From an uncultured Actinomycetota bacterium (GTDB lineage Bacteria; Actinomycetota; Humimicrobiia; Humimicrobiales; Humimicrobiaceae), in NCBI GenBank assembly GCA_964610315.1, contig CAZSVM010000013.1:7014-71013 (forward strand): a DNA stretch of 64,000 bases, given 5' to 3'. Of the stretch, positions 28,043-36,562 are shown piece by piece. The position numbers were made by a program, and so were the translations under genes. The notes beneath the pieces are model-generated. The model ran no database searches. It worked only from the letters and a program-made list of their open reading frames with translations, and had not been told where the DNA came from. How positions within the stretch are numbered: position 1 is the stretch's first letter; every line of letters begins with the position of its first letter.

Positions 28043-29776
28043 TTATTCTATTGAAAATATGTAAGGATATAAAGGCTGCTCGCCTTTATGTATTTCTATA
28101 TCTATTTTAGGAAAATACTTTTTAATCTTTTTCTTAATATTATCAGTATCTTCCGGTCTGGCATCTTTTCCAGTATAAAAAGTAATAACTTCTTCTGTCG
28201 GGGAGGCAATATCCCTTATCAGATCTACTACCGCATCCACTACATTATCCGAAATCACCCTGACCTTGCCGTTGGACAGTCCGATATACTCCCCTTTCTT
28301 TATTTCACCAACCATAAGGTTTGCATTTCTTACTGCCTGGGTTACCTCCCCGTCTTTGGTTTTTTGGGCCGATTCTTCCATATTGTATATATTCTCTTCT
28401 ATCCCCGTATCGGGGTTGTAACTTAGAATCGCAGATATTCCCGCCGGTATGCTTCTGGTTGGTACCACATAAATACTTTTTTTCTTTATAATTTTTTTGG
28501 CTTGATTGGCAGTAAGTATAATATTTTTATTGTTGGGGAATATGATAATCTCGGAAGCCTCGGAGTTGTTTACGGCCTTTACTATATCGTATGTTGAAGG
28601 ATTCATACTCTGCCCGCCGCTCACTATAATATCGGTACCTATGCTTTTGAATATCCCCTCCAATCCATCTCCGTTAGCTATTGCCAGCAGGGCTCTTTTT
28701 GTTTCTATTCTTTCTTCTTCCAATTTTTTCCCTCCTGCTGCTTCCTGTCTTTGATCCTCCATATTATTAATCTGGATATCGTGCAGGGTACCTTCCTTTA
28801 ATGCTCTTCTTAAAACTTTATAGGGATGGTTGGTATGTACATGTATCTTGACCAGATTTTCGTTTCCTACTACCATGGCACTATCGCCAAAACTCTCGAT
28901 TCGTTCTCTAAGTCTTTCTATATCTATCCCGCTGCCCTTCACCATAAGTTCCGTACAATAAGTATATTTAATATCATAGGTGCGTTTTACTTCTTTCAAA
29001 CTTTCTTTTTCAACCGGTGCAGTATCCGATTTATTACTGGCATTATTTTTTCCTTTTGGTTTTCCGCCACCGCTTTTATTACCACTACTGCCCTGCAGGG
29101 ACAGTATTTTTTGAGGCTCTTTAAAATTTTTCTCCAGTTCCCTATCTGCACCATCGATCCCATTCAAAGCTTTTCTGGTTCCAATCAGTATATCCAGAAT
29201 ACCCTGCGCACCGGCATCTACCACATCTGCCTTTTTTAAAACCGGCAGGAGAAAAGTGGTTCGCTCTACGGATTTCTCGGTTTCGAAAATAATCTTATCC
29301 AGAAAATCCATAATTTTTATCTTATGAGTATTGCTGGTTAAATTTTCGACAAAATCACAGATATCCTTTATAGTGGTAAGCATGGTTCCTTCGGTTGGAT
29401 TCTGTACGGAGCTGTATGCTAGATCTCTTGATGATTTTAAGGCTTCCTTAATTATATCCAGATCAAAATCGTTGCTTTTTATTATTATATCAAAAAAACC
29501 CTTAAGTATCTGGGATAATATTACACCTGAATTTCCTCTGGCTCCCATTAATGCTCCGAATGAAGCTTTTTCCAGCACACTTTTTATGGTAAAATTCCTC
29601 AGCTTCGAAAGCTCCTCTTTAATCGAATTCAAAGTCAACAGCATATTGGTGCCGGTATCTCCGTCCGGAACCGGAAATACATTCAAATCGTTGATTTTTC
29701 CTTCATTTACCTTAAAATTTTCTATTATAACATCGATTACTTTTTTTAAATCCTGTTCGTTTACTTCATTAATCAT
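28043..29776 (-). CDS. fakA: DAK2-domain fatty-acid kinase subunit FakA (YloV-like)
   Basis: N-terminal DhaL/Dak2 (PDGDTGTNM) and C-terminal DegV-like half; 577 aa. Confidence 0.8.
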   Translation of the reverse strand: MINEVNEQDLKKVIDVIIENFKVNEGKINDLNVFPVPDGDTGTNMLLTLNSIKEELSKLRNFTIKSVLEKASFGALMGARGNSGVILSQILKGFFDIIIKSNDFDLDIIKEALKSSRDLAYSSVQNPTEGTMLTTIKDICDFVENLTSNTHKIKIMDFLDKIIFETEKSVERTTFLLPVLKKADVVDAGAQGILDILIGTRKALNGIDGADRELEKNFKEPQKILSLQGSSGNKSGGGKPKGKNNASNKSDTAPVEKESLKEVKRTYDIKYTYCTELMVKGSGIDIERLRERIESFGDSAMVVGNENLVKIHVHTNHPYKVLRRALKEGTLHDIQINNMEDQRQEAAGGKKLEEERIETKRALLAIANGDGLEGIFKSIGTDIIVSGGQSMNPSTYDIVKAVNNSEASEIIIFPNNKNIILTANQAKKIIKKKSIYVVPTRSIPAGISAILSYNPDTGIEENIYNMEESAQKTKDGEVTQAVRNANLMVGEIKKGEYIGLSNGKVRVISDNVVDAVVDLIRDIASPTEEVITFYTGKDARPEDTDNIKKKIKKYFPKIDIEIHKGEQPLYPYIFSIE

Positions 29777-29957
29777 GTTATGATACCGCCTGCTTTAATT
29801 TAAAATTATCAGGCATTCTGTACCGTTTGCTACTCTATTATACCAAAATCCTTTTTATTTCTGCCAAAATAAAAATCTTTTTTCTACCAGTGCTTTTCTA
29901 CATTGCTTAAGACTTTATTAAATAAAAATTGTTTCTATCAATATTCATTTACCTTTT

Positions 29958-30143
29958 GGTAATGGGTCAATTTGGAAAATATTAGTTATAGACAGAAAGG
30001 AGTTTTTATAGAATAATTAGACTATGCAAAAGCGGTCAAGCAAAAAACATAAGCAAAGACTTAAATGCTATAGCTTTTCGTATAGTCAAACAAGCTACTA
30101 GTGAGCATGTCAAAAATCCTGCTGCAGTTGCTCTAGGCAGGCT
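29958..30143 (+). repeat. copy A of ~187-bp inverted duplication (promoter/RBS + first ~40 codons of small basic-protein gene), with frameshifted 25-codon remnant ORF 30024..30101
   Basis: Near-identical to the reverse complement of 35432..35619. It differs by an A-run of 6 versus 8 and by about 5 substitutions upstream of the ATG. Similarity ends exactly at ...ctaggcaggct. Confidence 0.85.
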
Positions 30144-30160
30144 GCAGATAAAATTAAATA

Positions 30161-31366
30161 TTATTTTTCTCTGCCGCGGGTTGCAACATCGAATACCACA
30201 GCTGCAGCAAGTACACCGGCTCTGACGATATACTGGTAAGCTATGTCCATACCCATAAGATTCATACCGTTCGTAAGTGACGACATAACCAGTGCGCCGA
30301 TAATGGATCCCGAAACCTTGCCAACACCACCGGACATGGATGCACCGCCGACAAAAGCGGCCGCGATTGCATCAAGTTCGAATAACTGTCCCGCTGTAGT
30401 TGTAGCAGACTGCAGACGGGATGCAAAAAGGATACCTGACAGGCCGGAAAGCATACCCATTGAAGCAAAAACCACTAAAGTTATTTTCTTTACGCTGATA
30501 CCACTCAGCTCAGCCGCTTCGGGATTTCCGCCCACGGCATAAATGTGCCTGCCGAGCAGAGTCTGGGTGGTAATAAAATTATAGATCACAAATACAATCA
30601 GTACCACTACCGCGGTCCACGAGAGGCCTCTGTATCCAGCCAGAATCCAGGTAATACCGCCGATTAAAATCGATACGAATACCAATTTAAGAATGTAGAA
30701 ATTCAATGGTAATACTTTGAAATCATAAGCCCGGGTTTTTCTGCGGTCACTGTTCGATCTTATGATGAAATATATAATGACCATTATACCAAGGATAAGA
30801 GTTACTTTATTTACCCCTGGTAGAAAATTAATGCCTGGAATATCCGGAACATAGCCATTACCTATGGCATTAAAAGCTTTATTAGGAATAATTATGGTGC
30901 CGGTGCTTATGGTTGCAAGCTGGAGCGCTCCCCTGTAACCCAGCCATCCGGCGAGAGTTGCCACAAATGCCGGGATTCTCATCTGAGCTACCAGAAAACC
31001 GGTAAAGATTCCTGCCAGAATTCCAAATCCCAGTATAAGCAGTATGGTTACAGATGAAGGCAGGTGCCAGGATACCATTGAAATGGCCGCTACTGCACCC
31101 AGAAAGCCGGACAGATAGCCAACTGACAGATCTATATGCCTTATGATAATTACCAGTGTCATGCCGACTGCCAGTACTGCTATATAGCCGGTTTGATTTA
31201 TAAGGTTGCTTATATTTCTTGATGAAATGAAAATACCTTTAGTGGCGATAGAGAAAAAAACTACGATAACAAATAAGGCGATGTACATACCAAATTCACG
31301 GACATTCTCCTGTAGCAAATCCTTTGCGTCGCTTAGGAATGATTTCTTAAATCTCGTTAATTCCAT
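30161..31366 (-). CDS. sugar ABC transporter permease (CUT2/BPD_transp_2 family, ribose/xylose/fructose type)
   Basis: 401 aa with ~10 transmembrane helices and the family's conserved C-terminal region. DNA visibly GC-rich. Confidence 0.85.
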   Translation of the reverse strand: MELTRFKKSFLSDAKDLLQENVREFGMYIALFVIVVFFSIATKGIFISSRNISNLINQTGYIAVLAVGMTLVIIIRHIDLSVGYLSGFLGAVAAISMVSWHLPSSVTILLILGFGILAGIFTGFLVAQMRIPAFVATLAGWLGYRGALQLATISTGTIIIPNKAFNAIGNGYVPDIPGINFLPGVNKVTLILGIMVIIYFIIRSNSDRRKTRAYDFKVLPLNFYILKLVFVSILIGGITWILAGYRGLSWTAVVVLIVFVIYNFITTQTLLGRHIYAVGGNPEAAELSGISVKKITLVVFASMGMLSGLSGILFASRLQSATTTAGQLFELDAIAAAFVGGASMSGGVGKVSGSIIGALVMSSLTNGMNLMGMDIAYQYIVRAGVLAAAVVFDVATRGREK

Positions 31367-31368
31367 AA

Positions 31369-32160
31369 TTAATTTCCCTCCTGATGACTATTAGCAAAAT
31401 CATCACGAGCGCCAATTATATAGGCCACAACCTGCTCGCGGAAAGTATCAAGGTCACCGATTACGGGAGTTTCACGCACTTTGCGCCCATGACGCAGCAC
31501 CATCATCCGGTCGCTTACCTGGTAAATATCTTCCAGGCGGTGACTGATGATAATAATCGAATTACCCTGCGCTTTAAGTTCCCGTACCAGGTCAAGTACC
31601 TTGCTGATGGCTGAGACGCTTAGAGCCGCAGTGGGTTCGTCCATTATGGTAACCTTGTTGTTGAAACCAGTTGCACGGGCGATTGCTATTGCCTGGCGCT
31701 GGCCTCCCGATAATCTCTCTACCCTGGAACGTACCGAGGAGACATTAATTTTGAGGCGATCCAGGAGTCGCTGTGTCTCCTGTTCCATATAATGTTTGTC
31801 CATTACACTAATTGGGCCCAGTCTTGTACTTACGGCTTCATGTCCCATAAAAACGTTGGCTGCCACATCAAGATTATCGGCAAGGGCCAGATCCTGATAT
31901 ACCATTTCAATGCCCAGCTGGCGTGCATCCCAGGGACTGGTGATATGTACCTTTTTACCTTCGATAAAAATTTCCCCTGCATCGGGCATATATGCGCCGC
32001 TTAGAACCTTCATCAGGGTAGATTTACCAGCGGCGTTGTCGCCTACCAATCCCAGTACTTCATTATAGTATAGTGTCAGGTCAACTCCGCGCAATGCCTG
32101 TACACCGCCAAAATTCTTCCTAATATTCCGCATTTCTACGATAGGAGTAGCTTTTGCCAT
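31369..32160 (-). CDS. sugar ABC transporter ATP-binding protein, single ABC domain (FrcA-like)
   Basis: Walker [10 protein letters not shown], signature LSGGQRQ, Walker B IMDEPT, H-loop ISHRL. Only 263 aa. Confidence 0.85.
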   Translation of the reverse strand: MAKATPIVEMRNIRKNFGGVQALRGVDLTLYYNEVLGLVGDNAAGKSTLMKVLSGAYMPDAGEIFIEGKKVHITSPWDARQLGIEMVYQDLALADNLDVAANVFMGHEAVSTRLGPISVMDKHYMEQETQRLLDRLKINVSSVRSRVERLSGGQRQAIAIARATGFNNKVTIMDEPTAALSVSAISKVLDLVRELKAQGNSIIIISHRLEDIYQVSDRMMVLRHGRKVRETPVIGDLDTFREQVVAYIIGARDDFANSHQEGN

Positions 32161-32316
32161 GAACTCTTCCTCCTTTCTTAGGAAAATATAAAATTATAAA
32201 CATGCTGGAAAGAACTAAATTTTATAATGCCGAATGAAGTGAGGTACTCCTTCTCTGATTAAGATAACTTTCACTTCGCTTGAGTTTTTCACTTTTTGTA
32301 ACAGTTGCAGATATTA

Positions 32317-32356
32317 TACAGGAATAGTGATGTATTAGTCTATCACTATTCCTGTA
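32317..32356 (-). promoter_or_regulatory. perfect 15-bp inverted repeat (tacaggaatagtgat-N10-atcactattcctgta) between substrate-binding-protein and ATPase genes; intercistronic stem-loop or operator
   Basis: Read directly from the sequence. No downstream U-tract, so not a classic terminator. Confidence 0.4.
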
Positions 32357-32386
32357 TTGGTTAACTGTTATTTCTTCCGCTATTTT

Positions 32387-33523
32387 TTACTGCGGTAAAT
32401 TTTCCAATCCAGTAAAATCGCTAGCTGGCCAGTAGCCAGAGTCGATTATAGCGGATACGAGATTACTCTGATCTACAGCAATAATTGCGGACGGTTTTGC
32501 AGGTACGTCGATAACACCATTGTTGTAGGTGGTAGTTTCTGAAGGAGTTCCACCACTGAGATAAGCTACAGCTGCGTTAATGGCATCGTCAACCAGTGTT
32601 CGAACGTCCTTCAATACAGTCATTGACTGTTTGCCGTCGATGATGTACTGTACGGAAGCTTCTTCAGCATCCTGGCCGGTGACCACGTAGCTGGTAACAT
32701 CACTGTCAGCTGCAAATGCGTCGGCAATAGCACGGGCTGTGCCGTCGTTGGGAGCGAGTATAAATACATCGCCTTTATCGGCAGCGGTGGCAACGGTCAG
32801 GTTAGCTTCTGCCAGGCTCTTGGCATCATCAAAATCCCAGTTGGTGGTAACCTGGCCAATGATCTTGCCCATTTCATCACGGGTAAGCGTAGCTTTGTCC
32901 TGCAGAGCAACAGCTTCACTGGAGTTTACGATATAAAAGGTTCCGTCAGCAATCTTGGGTTGCAGAACGTTCCAGGCGCCCTCGAAGAACAGGAAAGCGT
33001 TGTTATCAGTTGCTGCGCCGGCATACAGATAAAGCGGGTTGCCAGTACCAGTAGCATGATCAACCAGGTACTGACCCTGGGCTTCACCAACGGCAATGCT
33101 GTCAAAGGTCACATAGTAATCAACAGCATCAGTGTCACGGATCAGGCGGTCATAGGAGATAACCTTTACACCTGCATCCCTGGCTTCTTCTGCAGCGGCA
33201 GCGGCAGCGGTAGCGTCCTGGGGGCAGATTATTAGAACCTGGATGCCTTTGGTGATCAGAGATTCAACATTCTCCTTTTCTTTGGCAGAAGATGCCTGGC
33301 TGAATAGAATCTCTACATCATAGCCAGCAGCACTGAGCGCATCATTGAAGCGGGTTTCATCCTGTATCCATCTCGGTTCATCCTTGGTTGGAAGAACAAT
33401 ACCCACAGAACCACTAACTGCTGCTCCTCCAGCTGCTGCTTCTCCTCCTTTACATCCACTACCAATGAATAATAACGATATTATAAAAACTACTGAAAGT
33501 AGCAACACTAATATTCTTTTCAA
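32387..33523 (-). CDS. sugar ABC transporter periplasmic substrate-binding lipoprotein
   Basis: TTG start with AAGGAGG ribosome-binding site. Lipoprotein signal LLFIGSGC. Periplasmic-binding-protein type I fold motifs. GC-rich. Confidence 0.85.
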   Translation of the reverse strand: MKRILVLLLSVVFIISLLFIGSGCKGGEAAAGGAAVSGSVGIVLPTKDEPRWIQDETRFNDALSAAGYDVEILFSQASSAKEKENVESLITKGIQVLIICPQDATAAAAAAEEARDAGVKVISYDRLIRDTDAVDYYVTFDSIAVGEAQGQYLVDHATGTGNPLYLYAGAATDNNAFLFFEGAWNVLQPKIADGTFYIVNSSEAVALQDKATLTRDEMGKIIGQVTTNWDFDDAKSLAEANLTVATAADKGDVFILAPNDGTARAIADAFAADSDVTSYVVTGQDAEEASVQYIIDGKQSMTVLKDVRTLVDDAINAAVAYLSGGTPSETTTYNNGVIDVPAKPSAIIAVDQSNLVSAIIDSGYWPASDFTGLENLPQ

Positions 33524-33677
33524 TTTAACCTCCTTATTAATCTTTATCCTTTGATTAATTAGACATAGTTATAAAGAGTTTATTTCTTGCCTGGGATACA
33601 CCTCCTTTCTAATTAAATAAAATTTCTGCTGTATATAATAACCACCTCCTTTTAGTATTTACATTCTTTATTTTTTT

Positions 33678-34949
33678 TCAAGATGATGTCTCTTGATCCA
33701 TCCTGTAGGGGAACTCATGTATAAGTATAGATTCAATTGCATTAAATGAAGCACCTCTTATGCATGTATCTTCTCCAAGTGAAGATACTTTAATCTCTGG
33801 AATAACGAAAGGTATAGAACTTTTAATTTTTTTTGTAATTGGCTTGATAAATAATTTACTTACTTCGGGCAAGTTAAATATATCACCGCCCAAGACCACT
33901 AACTGTGGATCTACAATTAAAATTAGATTGATTATCCCTACAGATAATAATTCGGCTATGTTAGTTATAATGTCATTCGCAAGCCTATCACCTTTTATTG
34001 CTGCTTTGCATACTAAGAAGGGAGTTATTCTTTTAATATTATTTTTTGCCATGTCTGTGATTATAGTTTTTTTACCCTTTTGGATTTCTGCTATAGTCCT
34101 TTCCCTGATACTTCTTATTGAGGAATGTTCTTCCAGAAATCCTCTGTCTTTTACTTTAAAAGCTAGTTTTTTAGAATCGGATATTGTGAACCCTATCTCA
34201 CCTGCAGAGCCATTGGAACCTCTGACTAGTTTGTTGTCGACGATAACTCCTGCCCCAATTCCATTACTTACCTCTACAAATATAATAGTTTTGTATTTTT
34301 GCCCCTCTCCATAATGCTTCTCTCCTATAGCAGATAGATTGGCATCGTTTTCCATCAATACAGGTATATTAAATTCATTAGTGATAATGTTTTTTAAATT
34401 AAGGTCTTTCCATTCCCAATCTTTATAATGGTTGGTACTTAATACTCTCTCAGTTTTTATATTGACAGCTGCCGGTACTCCTATGCATATAGCCTCAATT
34501 TTATACAGTTTTGAATTCTTACCAGTGGTGTATTTTTTTATAAACTCTTCTATTTCAGTAACAATTCTTTTTATTGCTCTTTTATTCTTTAAAATTACAG
34601 AGCCTTTAAATTTCTCGACTATTTCACCCCTCAAATTAACTAAGGCAATTTTTAATCTTTCTTTTCCCAGGTCCATTCCTATTACAAAGAATTTATTTTT
34701 ATTAATTACCAGCGGTGTTGGCCTTTTCCCCATTTTTGTTTTAATTCTTTCGGTTTCAATCACATAACATTTTTCTATAAGTTTTTCTACTGCTCTGGAA
34801 ACTGCTGGTGCGCTGATACCTAAATCTTTAGATATTTCAGCTCTTGAAATAGGATTTTTTGCACGCAGATGATTAAAAATTATTGACATATTAATCTTTT
34901 GTTGCAATCTTGGATTAGCAGCATTCAAAAATTTAAATGAGCTTCTCAT
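33678..34949 (-). CDS. ROK-family transcriptional repressor (NagC/XylR-like) with N-terminal winged helix-turn-helix (HTH) domain
   Basis: HTH ISRAEISKDLGISAPAVSRAVEKL; ROK sugar-kinase-like domain with Gly-rich ATP-fold motifs. AT-rich like the host. Confidence 0.8.
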   Translation of the reverse strand: MRSSFKFLNAANPRLQQKINMSIIFNHLRAKNPISRAEISKDLGISAPAVSRAVEKLIEKCYVIETERIKTKMGKRPTPLVINKNKFFVIGMDLGKERLKIALVNLRGEIVEKFKGSVILKNKRAIKRIVTEIEEFIKKYTTGKNSKLYKIEAICIGVPAAVNIKTERVLSTNHYKDWEWKDLNLKNIITNEFNIPVLMENDANLSAIGEKHYGEGQKYKTIIFVEVSNGIGAGVIVDNKLVRGSNGSAGEIGFTISDSKKLAFKVKDRGFLEEHSSIRSIRERTIAEIQKGKKTIITDMAKNNIKRITPFLVCKAAIKGDRLANDIITNIAELLSVGIINLILIVDPQLVVLGGDIFNLPEVSKLFIKPITKKIKSSIPFVIPEIKVSSLGEDTCIRGASFNAIESILIHEFPYRMDQETSS

Positions 34950-35331
34950 ATAAGTTACTTACTTACTTAATGTTACTAAGTGTAAGCTAAAATTATAACA
35001 GAAAGAATTTATTAGTCAATAGATCGAATTGTCCAGTGTGGATCAATTTGAATCAATTAATCTTACAATTTCCTCAATTGTCCAAATATGATCCTCTATC
35101 CCTGTTGCCGTTGCAGGTGTTTGGGATAAGGATTAGACAAAGATTTACGAACACGAGTAAAATTATAATACATAAAATGTAAGGCAACAGCATATTCCAA
35201 ATTTTTTATCTTCTTTGAAATAACTATATAATATTGAATTACTATAAGACAAAGAAAAGAAATCTACAATCAATATTTGATTATCAAAGAGTTATTAATT
35301 CAATATCGGTTAAGAAACAATTTAGAAATTA

Positions 35332-35553
35332 TTATTTGCTCCAACGTTCTTTTGCGGCTTTTTGGGCAATCTCTTTTCTTCTTTTAGCACTGAGTTTTTC
35401 TGCTCTTGCTTTACCGCCCTTTAAACCGCCTAGCCTGCCTAGAGCAACTGCAGCAGGATTTTTGACATGCTCACTAGTAGCTTGTTTGACTATACGAAAA
35501 GCTATAGCATTTAAGTCTTTGCTTATGTTTTTTTTGCTTGACCGCTTTTGCAT
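35332..35553 (-). CDS. small basic protein with C-terminal GGKARAEKLSAKRRKEIAQKAAKERW motif (function unknown, putative nucleic-acid binding)
   Basis: 73 aa with GAAAGGAG ribosome-binding site. Its 5' end and promoter are duplicated at 29958..30143. Preferred over the overlapping plus-strand ORF 35234..35560. Confidence 0.5.
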   Translation of the reverse strand: MQKRSSKKNISKDLNAIAFRIVKQATSEHVKNPAAVALGRLGGLKGGKARAEKLSAKRRKEIAQKAAKERWSK

Positions 35554-35619
35554 AGTTTAATTATTCCATAAAAACTCCTTTCTATCTATAATTAATATTT
35601 TCCAAATTGACCCACTACC
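35432..35619 (-). repeat. copy B of ~187-bp inverted duplication (intact copy, contains start of gene 35332..35553)
   Basis: See copy A at 29958..30143. Confidence 0.85.
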
Positions 35620-35751
35620 TACCTTTTATTTACCTTGAAAAGTAAGTAATAAAATGCTAATATTCCTTCCTGACTTATTTATATTAATTTTATATAACCG
35701 CTGAAATTAGAAATATAAAAAAATAAATTTTTAAGATATAGGGGAGAAAAA

Positions 35752-35943
35752 ATGTCTAAAGTATGTGAAATCTGCGGTAAAAAGACTACTTTTGGAAATA
35801 ATGTAAGCCATTCACATAAAAAAACCAAAAGAAACTTCAAGCCCAACGTTCATAAAGCAAAGGTAGAGTATAAAGGTCAGGTTAAGACTATAAATATATG
35901 CGCCAGCTGCTTAACCTCGGGTAAGGTTAAAAAAGTAATTTAA
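35752..35943 (+). CDS. rpmB: 50S ribosomal protein L28
   Basis: [11 protein letters not shown]...SHSHKKTKR; 63 aa. Confidence 0.9.
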   Translation: MSKVCEICGKKTTFGNNVSHSHKKTKRNFKPNVHKAKVEYKGQVKTINICASCLTSGKVKKVI

Positions 35944-36410
35944 AGCTCTACTTCCAGATAGGAATCATTTATTTTATATCCCATCTTCTCATATAATCCA
36001 CGGCCAAACCGGGAAGTGTTAAGTCCGATCTTTCTTACTCCCATACTCCGGGCATATTCATGCAGATACTCCATAATTTTTCTGGCAAAACCCTTGCCCC
36101 GATACATGGGGTCTACGTAAATGTTTAAAATATAGGCATACAGGTTTATCTTATGTTTGGGACTGGGCGGTCTATCTTCCAGCAGTATGGTTCCGCACCC
36201 CACTGCAGTTCCGCTTATATACGCAATAACACTGTAATGGTTCCTGTTATTTATATCATTAAGGTAATACCGGGTGTATTCACCGATAATTTCGGTTTTT
36301 CTTTCCTCCAGATTATCATCCGGGAATACCTCATCGAACATTTTAAAGCGGTACTCAGCCAGCTTAACAGCATCTTTTCTTTCTGCTTCTTTAAAAGATA
36401 ATTCATTCAT
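35940..36410 (-). CDS. GNAT family N-acetyltransferase
   Basis: Acetyl-CoA binding motif [10 protein letters not shown]; 156 aa. Confidence 0.8.
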   Translation of the reverse strand: MNELSFKEAERKDAVKLAEYRFKMFDEVFPDDNLEERKTEIIGEYTRYYLNDINNRNHYSVIAYISGTAVGCGTILLEDRPPSPKHKINLYAYILNIYVDPMYRGKGFARKIMEYLHEYARSMGVRKIGLNTSRFGRGLYEKMGYKINDSYLEVEL

Positions 36411-36562
36411 TTGTTACCATTTATGCCGCGTTACCATTTAACTTGTAGTAATATTACTATTTTACATTTTTTTTTGAAAGGTAACAGGCTATAAACCAAT
36501 ACTACAATAATGGGTAATAAGAGAATGAGTTCACGACTGATGTATAATTTGCCGGGTTGCTA

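Noticed and set aside
33524-33677. 8-bp inverted repeat ttaattag...ctaattaa upstream of the substrate-binding-protein gene, as a ROK operator
   Set aside because: Very AT-rich and short. Such palindromes occur by chance in 30%-GC intergenic DNA. Not enough evidence.
35234-35560. 108-aa plus-strand ORF overlapping the 73-aa minus-strand gene
   Set aside because: The minus-strand ORF has a strong ribosome-binding site, a coherent basic C-terminal motif, and its 5' end is the duplicated unit. The plus ORF is hydrophobic junk-like.
29958-35619. Inverted repeats as a phase-variable invertible switch
   Set aside because: The two copies are essentially identical over the shared segment and enclose whole genes. 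Inversion by recombination within them would not change any coding or promoter-gene linkage. More likely an insertion or rearrangement footprint.
35940-35943. 4-nt convergent overlap of the rpmB and GNAT stop codons
   Set aside because: A common compact-genome arrangement; no functional implication is evident.
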